A stretch of 64,000 bases of DNA, from contig JBODTK010000120.1 of assembly GCA_050613775.1 (NCBI GenBank), forward strand, positions 310,001 to 374,000. The letters run 5' to 3'. The position numbers were made by a program, and so were the translations under genes. The notes under the pieces are model-generated. The model searched no databases. It worked only from the letters and a program-made list of their open reading frames with translations, and was not told the DNA's origin. The DNA is from Neocallimastix sp. 'constans'. Its lineage: Eukaryota. Position 1 is the stretch's first letter, and the number at the start of each line of letters is the position of its first letter. Positions 31,045-47,183 of this stretch are shown here, piece after piece.

Positions 31045-33557
31045 ATTGATATTATTTATATATTATTAAAATAAAAGTAAAAAAAAAAAGAAAAATATGT
31101 AACAAGTGAAAAAATTTTTAAACAAATAGTTTTAATTATTATTATTAAAATATGTATAATTATTATTAATATTATTATTTTATCGTTTATGTGTGATTTT
31201 TTTTTTTTAAAATATTATTTCCATTATTGACTCTCTTAAAAAAAAAAAGAAAAATAAAAAAAATTATTATTACTAAAACTATATTATTATTTAGAGTATA
31301 AGGTGAAAAAGTTTTAGTGAATAAATAATAATTTACTAAAAGTTTTTTTTTTTTTTTTGAAATGTATATATTTTTGTTATATGTATATATTATTGTATTA
31401 AACTCTTTTTTAAAAGTAAATATTTAAAATATTTTTTAATATTTATTTTTATTTTTTTTTTTATATTTGTACAAGAATTGTATAAACAAATTATTTTTTT
31501 ATATATATATATCACTTTATTATTTAACAAAAAGCTAAAAAAAAAATAAAAAATTTTTTTTTACAATTAAAAAAAAAATTTTATTTATATATAACCTTAA
31601 AATAAGTATATATATATATTTTTTTTTAAAAAAAAAAAATAAAATTTTATAAATTAATAGTTTAATTTTGTATTTTTTGAAGAGACGTTAAAGAGAGAAA
31701 ATTTTCTTCCTTTTATACAAAAAAAAAATTATTTACTATTATAATAAATTTAATTATTAAAAATTTAATTATTGAAAAAAAAAAAATTTTTTTATTTTAA
31801 TATTAATATATTAAATTTAAGCATGAATTTATAAATAAAATCATAATAAAAATATTAAAAAATATTAAAACTATAAAATAAAATAAAATATAGATTTATA
31901 TAAAAATTTTTATTATATATTAAATTATATTATTTTATATTATATTATATTAAATTATATTATATGTGTTAATGTTATATATTATTAATCATAATTTAGA
32001 ATTTTATCTATAGTAATATAATAATAAATTATAATTCTTATTTATTATTTTAATAAATACTTAATCCATAATAAAATTTTTTTTAAAATAATACTCAATT
32101 CATAATAATTTCTTTAAATAATTTTATTTATTATGATTTTTTTAATTTTTTTTTTTCTTTTTGTTCTTTTTTTTTTTTTTTTTTTTTTTCTATATTTCTT
32201 TAATTAGAGATTAATCTTTTTTTTTTTTTTTTTCATATTTAATTGAAATAAACTTAATATATTTATTTCCTATTGTTCATCATTTATAGATTACTCACGT
32301 ATTACTTTATATTGATTAAAATTATAAACTTTAACATGAAGTTTTTCCCTAAAGGGTTTTTCTTTTCATTTATATTTTAATATATACATTTATATTTTTA
32401 TTTATCAAAACATATAACTAGACCATTGAAATCAAATATAATTATTTATATTTACAATATATAATATTATATGTAATATATAGATAATATATATGTTGTA
32501 TATTGTTATATATGGTACATAATATATTTCAATTTATTAATGTTATTTAAACTATAATATATTATATATTATATTACTATTTTAATATATTATGATTATA
32601 TGAAAAGTTTAATTAATAGTAAAGATGCAAGTTTATATATTTTTTGTATACTAAAAAATGATAGTTTTGGTAATACATAATCAATATATAGGATGAAAAA
32701 TAATTCTAATAAACTACCATTAAAATAGAAAATATATATTACAATAGAATAGAACTTTAATTTAAACAAAAAAACAAATATATCTAGAGTGTAATTTAAT
32801 ATATAAATGTCAATCTAGTCTATTATATATTATAGTATAATAACTTTAATTAAATTAAAAAGGAATTGAAACATTTTTATTTTAATTAATAAATAGAAAA
32901 TTAAAAAAAAATAATAATAATAATAATAAAAAAAAAAAGAGGATTAAAATTTTGAAAATCAACCTAATTTGTTCAATTAAAAAAAAAAAAAAAAAAGTTT
33001 TAGATTTTAATATATGGAGATTTATAGTTTAAATTTAGTAACCATAGAACAACATTTATTAAAAATTAATTTATTTTATATAGAGTTGGTAGAATAAAAT
33101 AAAAATTGAATTACATAAAGTTTATTTATTATAAAAATTATTTTTTACTATTATAATAAATTTTAATATATATTTTTTATGAGATATCAATATATTATAG
33201 GTATTAATTAAAATCTATAATAAAAAAAATTTTTTTTTTATTTTATTTTATTTTTACTAGTAATAAAAAAAATTTTAATTTAATTTATAGCCTACAAAAT
33301 TAAATAATAATAAATAAAATTTAATAATAAATAATAAATAGTATTTTAATAATAAATAATAATAAATTACAAAATGTAATAAAATATAATAAAATAAAAT
33401 TAATAAAAAAAAAAAAAAAAGGATTTGATTTAATATTATCCATATTTAATTCTTCATATTTTCAAAATTAAATTATACTTTATATAAAATAAAGAAATAT
33501 TTGAAACATAATAAAAATAAAAAAAAAAAAGTTAAACTTTAATTAAAATTAAATTAA

Positions 33558-33592
<35 letters not shown>

Positions 33593-34501
33593 ATATAAAC
33601 CACAATTAACTATTAATAATTATTTAAATATTTTATTTTCTTTTTATTTTTTTTTATTTTTTTTTTTACTATTTAAAGTATATATTTACAAATAAAATTT
33701 AACAAAATCCATTTCATTAATTTATATGGTTTATTTTATTTTTAATTTATTTTATTATATTTTGTACAATGCTATTTATATATATCAATAAATAATTGAA
33801 TAATACATAATAAATAGAATTATATTTATAATAAATAATTGAATAATAAATTCACCCTTTTGTTTAAATCGAATTTCTTTCCTTCGTATGGCTGAAAATA
33901 AGAATGATTAATATATTTAATATGACTTTTCTTTTTTCTTTTATTTTTAAATGATGATTAATAAATACAAAAAAGAAAAAAAATTTAAATAATAATTAAT
34001 AATAAATAATTAAATAAATAAATAATAATTAATAATAAATAATTAAATAAATAAATAATAATTAATAATAAATAATTAAATAATTAAATAAATAAATAAT
34101 AATAAATAAATAATAATAAATAAATAATTAATTAATTAATATATAATTGAATAATAAATAAATAATTAGATAATTGTATTAATAAATGAATAATAATAAC
34201 TAATTGAATAATAAATATTATTGAATAATTCATAATTATTTTAATTTACACAAATTTTTCAATATATTTTTTTTTTAATTATTATATTATATAATTAAAT
34301 TCATATTATTATTATGACTTTTAATATAAAACACTACAGACAAAGTGAACAAATTAAAAATTAAAGATTAGCATCGATAATAATAAAAGAATAATGAAAT
34401 AATGAAATAAAATAAATTCAATGTTTAAAAAAAAAAAAAAAAAATAACTCTAATTAAATAGTAAATAAATGAAATATTTTCAAAAGGATACACCATATTA
34501 A

Positions 34502-34532
<31 letters not shown>

Positions 34533-36313
34533 ATAATGTTAATAAAAAGAAAAAGAAAAAGAAAAATGAAATAAACGAAATAAAACCAAATCATGATGAA
34601 TTGATCTAATGATAAATAAATAAAAAGCATCCTTTAGAATATGCTTTAAAATTAAAACTTTATATATATATAAATAATAATAATAATTTTTGCTAAAAGT
34701 TTCTGTGTTTTCTTTCTTTGGTATTTTCTTTTTTTTTAATAGCCATTTTTTTTTATATTTATATTTTTTTTTTTGTACCCATTCTTCATATTATCCATAA
34801 AAATAAATATTTTATAATAAATAAAGTTTTATAATAATTTTTTTTATTCAATTATTTAATTATTTAATTATTCACTTATTTATTATTTATTATTTATTAT
34901 TTATTAATAAATACTCTTCTTATTATTTATTATTTATTATTTATTATTAAATTATTTATTATTTATTATTAATTATTTATTATTTATTATTTATTATTTA
35001 TTATTTACATTATCATAGTATTCACTTAATAATAAATATTTGGCTAATATCATTTATATAGTTATTATAGTTATTAATATTTAGATAGTTTTTGATAGAA
35101 ATTAGATATTTCTATTTCAAAAAAAAATTAATTTTTTTTAATTCTTATAATATTATCTCTAAAAAAAAAAAAAGTATGATAACATAAATATGTTTTTTTT
35201 TTTTTTTTAATTCTGATTATTATTTCTATTATTAATAATTTATAATAAAAAAGTAAAAAAAAAAAAAATTAAAAAAAAAGATTGAATCAAATAAACATAG
35301 TCTAAAATGCAAATATCGAATATTTATTCATAAAGATATAAATAAAATATATATATAAAAAATAGATATATATAAATAGATATGTTTATAATTATTTATT
35401 TAATAAAAGTTAAAAAGATAAATAATAAATCGATATAAATAAATCGATATAATTATAATTTATATAGATATGGATTATATATACTACTACTACTAATAAA
35501 ATAATAATAATAAAAAAAAATAATAATAAATAATAAATAATAAATAAAAATAATAATAATTAATAATAAATAATAAATAATAATAATAATAATAATAATT
35601 AGTAATAAATAAAAATAAAAATGAGTAATCATTGCCAACTAAATTAAAATTAGACCAACACTAAATTAAAAATAAAAAAAATAAAATAAAAAAAATTATT
35701 TTTTATTTTTAATATAAAATAAATATAAAAATGTTTTAAAAAAATTTTGTCATAATATTTAATAATTATAATATAATAATAAAAATTTAATAATAAAAAT
35801 TTTTATTATTAATGTCAGAATAATATTTAATAATAAAAATAATATAAAAAAAAAAATAACAGAAAGGAAATTAAAATATATATATTTTTATAACCAATTT
35901 AATATAAAAAAAAATAAAAAAAAAAAGGAATAATAAATATTTAATCATAATAATATTAGTTATGATAAAAGTCACACATCTTAATAATTTATATATAACA
36001 AAAAAAAATAATAATCATAATAAATAATCATAATACTTAGATAATATTCATAATAGTTAAAAAAAATTATTAATAATTTTAATAAAAGATAGATTACTAA
36101 TATTCTATTTCTAAAATATGAATTGATACAAATGAATGGAAATATATATATATATGTTAAAAGAGAGAAAGAAAAATAAATATGATATAGGATTGATTGA
36201 TTGACTAATCGATAATAATAATATTATTAATACTAAGATTAATAAGGAAAAGAAGAAAGAAAAAAAAAAAAAAAGACATTGAAAAAGTCATCCATTTTTA
36301 AAATAAACTATTT

Positions 36314-36560
<247 letters not shown>

Positions 36561-38156
36561 TTTTATTTATTTATTTATTTATTATTGATTTTTTTTCCAC
36601 TTTTTTTAAATTTCTTCATTTATATCCTTAGAAATATAAAATAAAAATTTTTATGTTTATAAAATAGAAAAAAAAAAAATTAAAAAAATTAAAAAAGTAA
36701 TATATTTTAATTAAACTCAAACTTTATTAAAAATAAAAAAATAAAAAAAAAATAAAAAAATAAAAAATAATAATATGACACAATAAAAAAAAGAATGAAC
36801 CATTCATTTTAATATATATATATATTTTTTTTATTTATTATTTATTATTATTTATTTATTATTTATTATTATTTATTATTATTTATTATTATTTATTATT
36901 TTTTAATTATATACTATTTATACTATTCATTTTAGTATAATTTATTTTATTAAAAACTAAAACCAAAACTAAAAATAAAAATGATACAAAAAAAAAAAAG
37001 GATGACATCATAATACTAATCTCAAGAGAAAATCCTTCTTTACTTTCTCCTTTATAACATAAAAAGAAAAGAAAAAGAAAAAGAAAAAAAAAAGTATAAT
37101 GTAAATTAAGATAATTAAAAGAAAAAAATTTTTTTCATCAATAATATAAAGAATAGTATTTAATTAATAAATGGAAGAAGAAAATTAAAATAAAAGTAAA
37201 TAAAAATAGAAAAAAGATACATTAAATAATATTAATATAACATTTGAACCAATAACATTATATAATTTTTTTTAATTTTATATTATTTTATTTTAATAAC
37301 TATAACTATTATTAATATTATTAACTATTATTTATTATTAATTATTAACTATTATTATTATTATTATTATTTATTATTATTATTTATTATTAATTATTAA
37401 CTATTATTATTATTTTTATTATTATTTATTATTTATTATTATTTATTATTTATTATTATTATTATTATTTATTTACAGCTTGTTTACATTTATCATTAAA
37501 GTCGGTTTTATCATTTCATTACGAATTATAGTTTTTTTTTTTTTATAATTATGATTGTTATTTATAATAAAAAAATGAAAATTATACAATGATGGGATAT
37601 ACTATATTTATAATAATATATATTAGAATATTTATATATAAATAAATATATATATTAAAATTTTAATATATAAATAAATAATTGATATTTATATATATAA
37701 AAAAAATTTAATTTATTAATTTCTTATATTAAATAAAAAAAAACTTAATTTATTAATTTCTATATTAAGTAAAAAAAAAAGTTTAAAGTAGTCCGCTTTT
37801 CAATTTTTAATACAGATAAAACTTTTAGTGAAAACTTTAAAATAATCTTATATTTAATTTTATTTTTTTTATTTTATAATTTTATATTTTAATATGTTTA
37901 TTTTATTTTATTTTTAATTATTTATTTAATTTTTTATTATTTATTTTAATTTAATTTTTTTTTTCTTAATTTTATAATTTTCTTAATTTTATAATTTTCT
38001 TGATTATATGATTTTATAATTTCTTAATTTTAATTTTAATTTATTTTTAATTTAATAATTTAATTTATAAATTTAATTTATTAATGCAATATATATGATA
38101 TAAAAGCAAAAAAAATAAAAATAAAAATAAAAATAAAAATTAAAAAAAAAAAAAAA

Positions 38157-38187
<31 letters not shown>

Positions 38188-39493
38188 GAAATTAAGGTTT
38201 GATAATGAGAAAGTATCATTAAATTATCATTTAAATATTTCTTAATCATTATGGATAAAGAAAATGAAAATCATTATTAAATAATAATAATAATAATAAT
38301 AAAGTATAATATAAATTAAAGAAAAAGTATTGGTTTAATAAAATATAAAATAAGAGAAAAAGGATATTTATAGAAATTTTATGTTTCTAAATAAGAAAAA
38401 ATAAAATAAAATATAATAAAATAAAATAAAATAAAAATATATTAAATAATTAAATAATAAATTATTAAATAATTATTAACAATGATTTATTTATAAATTC
38501 TTTATAATTAAACTATTTTATGTTCTATTATTTATTATTTATAACTATTAATTAATAAATTTTTTTATTATTTAATATTTATATTTTATAATTATTTATA
38601 TGTTTATTTTATATTTAAAAATATTTATATTTTATATTTTATAATTATTTAATATTTGTTATTTAATATTTGTTATTATTTATATGTTTTAATTATTTAA
38701 TATTTATACTTTTTTTTTTGTAATATAAAACTAATAATAATAAACTTCATTATTTAATTTAAATTGTATTCCTTTTTTTATTATTATTATTATTATTTTA
38801 TTTTCTATTATTTTATTTTATTTTTTATACTTTTTTTTTTTTTACTTTTTTTTTTTTTTTTGGTGGTGATGGTTGGTTCATTGTTTGAAAATTTTAATTT
38901 ATTTAAAAAAAAAAAATTTTTTTTTTCTTTTTTATTTAAAAATTAATTTTAAATACAAAATAGTTAAAAAATTTTTTATTAATAAAATGTATTTTTATGT
39001 ATTTAAAACAAAAATGAAAAATGAAAAATGAAAAATGAAAAAAAAAAAAAAAACGAAAACAAAAGAATTGAGAAATAAAAAAAAAAATAATATATTTATG
39101 TATATATATAAATATTTTTTTTATATTTAAACTTTGATACATGAAAAGAAGAATAACAACTACAAAACTTCTTTTTTTTTTTTTTTTTATTAATATTGTT
39201 AAAAATCATATCATTTTATAAAATTTAAAACATTTTTATTTATTTATTTTTTTATTATTATCTTTTATTTCATTTAATTTCATTGCATTTCCTTTTATTA
39301 TTTTTTTATTTTATCTTTTATTATTTTAATATTATAAAGATTAATGAAAGAAAATAAATATTAAATACAGAACTCTATAGATATTTTATAAGATAAACTC
39401 ATGTTATCATTAATAAATATTATGGTATAATTCCCATTCAATGGATTTTTCTAATTCAAAAAGAGAAAAATAAAACAAAATAAAACAAAATAT

Positions 39494-39524
<31 letters not shown>

Positions 39525-42444
39525 GTAGGAATAAGATTTCATATCAATAGTAATTAATATCAACAAGTTAACTAAAATAAAAAAATAATACTAATAAAAA
39601 TAAAATAATAAAAATAAAATAATAAAAATAAAATATAATAAATATATTTATTTAATTATTTATTTCATTATTAGGAATTCTTTATATTCTTTATTATGCT
39701 AAAATTAATATAAAATTCCACTTCTTATATTGACTACCCTCATTTTCATTGGTTTTTCATTCTTTTTATTATCATATTAAAAAATACTTAATAATAAAAT
39801 AATAAAAATATAATTAAAGTAATTATACACTATTGTAAAGAATGAATCATTCATTTATATTAAAATAAAATTAATATATTATCTGTTATATTATCTAGTA
39901 TATTCTATATACTGTTTATTTACATTTGAAATAGTATTTTAATTAAAGCCAATATATATGTGATATATTAATGTAATATATTAATAATATATTTCATCCC
40001 AATTAGGATAATGTTTCAAAAAGTTTAGTTGTAATTATTAAAAAAAATGATAATCTATAATTAAAATGTAAATATAAATATTAATTTGATATTAAAAATA
40101 TATATATATATATAAAAAAAGTTTTAATAATAAAGTTTTTTTTTTAATATTTATGGATAATTAAAATGAATAATAAATCATAAATAATTAAAAAGAGTAT
40201 TTATTAATAAATTATAAATAATAAATAATAATTAATAAATAAATAATTAATAATAAATAATAAATAATAAATAATAAATAATAAATAATAAATAATAAAT
40301 AATAAATAATAAATAATAAATAAGTGAATATATGATAAATAATAAATAATTAAATAATAAATAATTGAATAATAAATAATTTAATAGTTGAATAAATAAT
40401 AAACAAATGTTATAAAAGAAAAAAAATTTTTTCTGATTCTTTTTTCCACTCAATACACAATTATGTATTTTTATATACATATTTTTTTAATTTTTTTTTT
40501 TTTTCATTAATAGACATTTTAAATTTTTATATAATAAATTATATAAATATATATATGTATATGTGAATTATTTTTTTTTAATATAGATGAATTTTTTATC
40601 TCTTCCATTAAAATCATAGGTTCAAAAAATAACATAACTATCCAAAAATAGAAAAAAAAAACTATTAAAAAAATTTAAAAAATTAAAAAAATTAAAAAAT
40701 AAAAAAAATAAAAATAAAATTTTTTTTAATAATGCCATATTTTTATAATTTTTCCATATTTAATAATAATTCTATTCTTTAATCTTAAAATAAATAAATT
40801 AAAAAAAAATAGTTATATATAAATTTAAATCATAAATTAATATAAATTTAATAAATTATATATTGTCAAAGTGTACCTGTTTAGACTATAATATATAAAT
40901 ATCTATATATACTAATATATTATGTTTATAATCTAGAATATATAAAAAGGAATAAGAATACAAATTAAAAATTTATAGAAAACTTTTTATAAAAATTTTT
41001 TATTTTATTATTTAATGATTAACAAAATAAATTAAATAGTGATAATTAATTTAAATTTTAATATAAAAAAAAACCAACATTTTTTTTAATTTTATTTTAT
41101 TAATTTTTAATTTTTTTTTTTTTTAGATTTCATTTTAATAAATAGAATAATAAAATATAATATATTAAAATATAAATAATATATTAAAATATAATATAGT
41201 ATAATATAATATAATATAAAAATAAAATAATAAAATTTTAATTAATAATAAAAATCTTGAAATGAAAAATGTAAAAAATAATAAAAGAAAAAAAAAATAA
41301 ATTTGATTAATCATTAAATTTATATGAAAAGAAATAAATTTGATTCTTCATTAATTTATATAAAAATAAATATATATATAAATAATAAAAAAAAAAATAG
41401 AACAAAAAAAAGTTATATGACAATTATTTTTTTATATAACAAAATAGATTTATATCAAAAATTAAAAATTCTAATCAAAAAGTATTAAAAAATATCCATA
41501 TATTTTAAAAAATAAAGATATTTTTTCTACTTTTGAAATGAGAAAAAAAAATCAATATACATAATACATACTAATGTAATAATGATATAAATAATATAAA
41601 TTAAATGAATAATACAATAAATAATGAAATAAGTATCATTTATTTATATATACCATTTAAAAGAAATAACCAATAAAAAAATTTTTTTTATTTATTTTTT
41701 TTATTATAATAGTTTTTTTTTTTTTTTCTTTTCTTTCCTTTAAAGCATTATCATCCACTCCTTGAATTTTTTTTTTCTCTCTTTTTTTTTTAATTAATTA
41801 ATTTTTAATTTTTTATTTATTTCCTTATTTTCCTTTATTTCTAATTTTTTTTTTTAATTTTTTTTTTCATTATTATTTTAAAAATTTTTTACTTTTTTTT
41901 TTTAATTATGATAATTTAATTAAATTTAATTTGATTTCATTTGATTTGTACTCATTTTTTATCATGAATTACAAAAATATGAAAAAAAAAAAAAGATGTA
42001 CATTTCTTTTCAAATATTATATAAAACAATCATCCATTTTTTTATTATTATTATATAGTATTTTATTAATTTTTTTTTTTTTTTAGGGAAAAAAAAATTA
42101 ATTTAAAAAATTAATAATTATAAACAAATACAAAATAATTACAAATAAATGTAATATTAAATAAATAAATAAATAATAATAAATAATAAAAAATAATAAC
42201 TATTATAATAATCATAATAATAATAAATAATTAAATAATAAATTATAAATAATATATAATTAAATAATACATAATTAATAAATAATAGCCAAGATGGATT
42301 GTGGACATGGTTACACCAAATTTATTTAAAACTATTTTAAAATGTCTATATACCATATATTGAGATAATATTTATGATATATTTACAATACATTTTACAT
42401 TATATATTTATTATTTCTATTAACATAAAAAAAAGAATCAAAAA

Positions 42445-42478
<34 letters not shown>

Positions 42479-43081
42479 ATAATATATATATTAAATCCAA
42501 AAAATTAAAAGTTTAACATATGATTAAATAAATAAATGAATAAATAATAAATAAATAAGTTAATTGATATATAATATATAAATAAACAAATAAATAAATA
42601 AATAAATAAATAAATAAAGGAGAATTGATATTCATATGAGAGTTGCATTTTTTATGATAACAATATCAAATGAAACATTACACTAAAAAAAAACAGTTTA
42701 GCCAAATAAAAAAGAAAGATTTAAATCTATACAATAAATAATAATTAAAATAATAATTAAATAATAAATAATAAATAATAATAATAATATAATAGTTAAC
42801 AATAATAATAATAATATAATATAATAGTTATTAATAATAATAATAATAATATATAAGAGTTAACAATAATAATAATATTTATATAATATTTATATTTATA
42901 TATTTAATATTTCTTTTATTTATTTTTTTTTTTAATTTAATCAATAATCAATAAATAATATTTTTAAGGTAGGTAGTCACCACAAAATAAAATAAAATAT
43001 AATTAAAATAAAATAAAATAAAATAAAATTAATTAGTATTATTATTAAGGATGATGATGAGCCTGATTTACAATTCAAAAA

Positions 43082-43114
<33 letters not shown>

Positions 43115-43499
43115 TAATAATAATAATAATAATTATTAAATTAAAAAATGATGAAAAAAAAAAAACTAACATAAAAAAGATATTAAAATTATAAAAAAGA
43201 ATGATCATGTTATCATGATATTTTTTTTTAAATATATATATATATATATATTAATATATTATTATTATTATTATTATTCAATCTTTTCTATTTGTATTTG
43301 TATTTAATAATGATCATAATAATCATTAAAATAAAATTGATTTTATATATGCAATAAAATTTAATTATAAATAAAATTTCATTATAAACAAAATTTTATA
43401 GATATATGTAATTGATACATAAGATAATATAGTTTTTAATACGAAATTAAATTTTGGATTAAATAATTTAAACAGAATTGGAATGGATTTTATATTTAT

Positions 43500-43910
43500 C
43501 ATATTTATTTATTTATTTATTTATTATTATTTATTTATTATTCAATTATTTATTATTTATTATTTATTATTTATTATTTATTATTTAATTATTTATTATT
43601 TATTATTTAATTATTTATTATTTATTATTTATTATTTAATTATTTATTATTTATTATTTATTATTTATTATTTAATTATTTATTATTTATTATTATTTAT
43701 TATTTATTATTTATTATTTAATTATTTATTATTTATTATTTATTATTTAATTATTTATTATTTATTATTTATTATTTATTATTTATTTATTATTTATTTA
43801 TTATTTATTATTCAATTATTTATTTATTATTTATTATTTATTTATTATTTATTATTCAATTATTTATTTATTATTTATTATTTATTTATTATTTATTATT
43901 TATTATTAAT
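43500..43910. repeat. Degenerate (TTTATTA)n low-complexity array
   Basis: Same 7-mer family as at 810-1022, 34870-35005 and 40250-40320 (opposite strand). Confidence 0.85.
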
Positions 43911-44724
43911 AAATACTCTTTTTTATTAATATTCAATTATTCAATTATTTTTTTTAAAAAAAAAAAAAAAAAAAGTCTCAAAATATTAAATAAAAACTTT
44001 TTTATTATTATTTTTGATTTTGATTTTGATTCCTTTTGGTCATTATCATTATTATTAATGAGTATTATTAATATTATTACTTTTTAAAAAAAAAATTAAA
44101 ACTTCAAAATTTTTATTATTCACCTTTATATATATATAATTAAATTTTAAAAATTAGAGTATTTGTTCTATTTTAGTCCTTGTCATTTTATTTAGATCTC
44201 TATACATTAAAAAAAAGATGATTAATTTTTTTTTTTTTTTGTAAATTATATATAAAATATACATTAAATATTAAATATACATTAAATATAAAATATAAAT
44301 TTAATTCTATTTGAATGAAAAAAAAAATATTTAAAAATAAAAAATAAAAAAATATAAATATTATTATTATATATATTAAAATTATAAAATAAATAAAATA
44401 AATAATAAATAATTATAAATAATAAATAAAAGAAAAATAATTATAAATAATTATAAATTATAAAATAAATAATAAATAAAAAAAAAAAATAATTATAAAT
44501 TAATAAAATAATAAAATTATAAAATAAAATTAAAATGTCAAAATATGCCATAAAATATTATAAAATAAAGTTTTTAATTTTTTGATCATTTAAAATTTGA
44601 AATTTAAAAATTTTTATTTTTATTTTTATTATTATTTCTACTTTATTATATTTTTATTTTTATTATATTTTTATTATTAATATTATTATTTCTATTTATT
44701 ATATTTATTTTATTCTATTTATTT

Positions 44725-44757
<33 letters not shown>

Positions 44758-46633
44758 TTTTATTATAAATTTAATTTTTATCAAAAAAATAAAAATAAAA
44801 ATAAAATATGAAATAAATAAATAAATAAAAATAATTTTTATATAATTTAAAGTTGTTTTTTTTTTATATATTTCATTTTTTATTTTTTTTTTTTTTTATT
44901 CTCATAAATTTTTCAATCATCCTAATAAAAACATAAAAAAAAAACAGTAAACTGAAACCAAACAATAAAATAAAACTAATTCTAAAACAACGTCATAATA
45001 AAAACTGATTATTCTTTTTATTTTATTATATATTTGTATTTTATATTTTATATTTATGACGTAAGATGAATGAATACAAAAATACAAGTAAAACAAACAA
45101 ATAAACAAAAAAAAAAAAAAAAAAAAAAAAAAGGGAAGAATAAAATTAATTATAAATTATTTCATTTTATATAAAAAATGTATTATGATAATTATAGAAC
45201 ATAATTATTTAAATAATGAAAAAAAAAATTAATTAAAATACTATAAAATAATATACAAAAAAAATAATAAAATAATATACAAAAAAAATAATAAAAAATA
45301 ATAAAATAAAATAATAAAATAAAATAAAATATAATAAATATATACAAAAAAAATTATTTAAATAATTTATTAATTTTTTAAGAAACATAAATATATAATA
45401 TGAAAAAAAAAAACTTTTTTAATATTTTATTCTGTATTTTTTTTTTAATTATTTTTTTTTTTATTTTTGTTCTCTTTAATTTTTATTATTAATTATTATT
45501 AATTATTAATTATTATTAATTATTATTATTAATTTAATTTTTTAATTATAAAATAAAAGATTCTATAAAAAAAAACAAGAGAAAAGAGAAAAGAAAAAAG
45601 AGATTATTAATTATTAATTTCTAATTAATTTCTAATTAATTTATGGGGTTAAAAAATTTAAAAATTTAAAAAATATAAAAATTAAAAAAATTAAAAAAAA
45701 TTTAAAAATTAAAATTTAATATATAAATATATATAATATGAATATATTTATTTAATTATCAATATATATAATATGAATATATTAATATAAATATATATAT
45801 ATATAAATAATAAATATTAATAAATATATATATATAAATAATAAATATTAATAAATATATAAATAATAAATAATAAATAATAAATATTAATAAATAAATA
45901 AATAAATATATAAATATATAAATATTAAATATTAATAAATAAATAAATAAATAAATAAAACTTATTATTAATATAAATATAAATATTTTTTCAACATTTA
46001 TAATTTCATCCTATAAATATATTAAAAAGTATTTAATCTAGAAAAATAATTATAATATATGGCCATGGATAAAATTATTAATGGTTAAGTAAATTTGTTA
46101 ATATGAAACTAAATTTTAGATTTAATATTTTTATAGATTAATTTTCATGCTATGTATATTTTTTATTATTCTTATAAATTATTATATCCTATATAATAAT
46201 CATAAAATAAGAAGAAAATGTGGAATTGAGAGAGCGAAAAATGGGGGGAGAATAAAACATAACCATAAAAAAAAAAGGTATTAAAAAAAATAAATAAATT
46301 AATAAATAATAATAAAAAAAAATTAAATAATAATTTATAATATAATATCATTAAATATGAATTAAAGATAATATATCTATATAATAGTTATAATAATAAT
46401 TTTTTTTTTATTATTCTTTTTTTTATATCTATATATATACACACCGCTATTTCTTATTAATGGTAACCCAAAACACCAAACATTCAAAAACCCCATCCCT
46501 TATTTAGGGTAGTACCATCACAAAACAAAAAAAGATTTTTTTTTTTTGGCTAAAATATATATCTATCCATTTATATATACATATATATATAATTTTAATT
46601 TATTAAAATAATAATATTAAAAAAATTCATATC

Positions 46634-46667
<34 letters not shown>

Positions 46668-47112
46668 TATAAATTTATATATATAAATATTTTTAACCGC
46701 AAGTTTTCAAATTTTATTTCTATTTTTATTTTATTTTAATTGTTTTATTTTTTTTTAAAAAAAATTACAAAAAAAATATATATATATAAATATATATAAA
46801 TATGAAACATTAAAAAAAAAAATTAATAAATAATAATAAAAATAATTTGAATAATACAGAAACTTTTATTTATTTATTTATTTATTTAATTTTCATTTTT
46901 AATAAAAAAAAAAAAAAGATACAAATTATTAAAAAAAAAAAAAAAAAGAACACAAAAATAAAATAAAAAAAAAATTACAGAATTTTTTAATTTTGTTTTA
47001 AAATAACTATAATATTAATATTATTAATAATAATATTAATAATAATAATAAAAAGTGGATGAAAAATATTATATTTTACATTTAATATGAATAGTTATCA
47101 TGAATGATAATT

Positions 47113-47183
47113 AATAAAAATGATAATCTTTATCGTTAATAATAAAAATGATAATCTTTATCGTTAATAATAAAAATGATAAT
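47113..47183. repeat. 28-bp tandem repeat, ~2.5 copies (AATAAAAATGATAATCTTTATCGTTAAT)
   Basis: Exact tandem copies visible. Confidence 0.9.
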
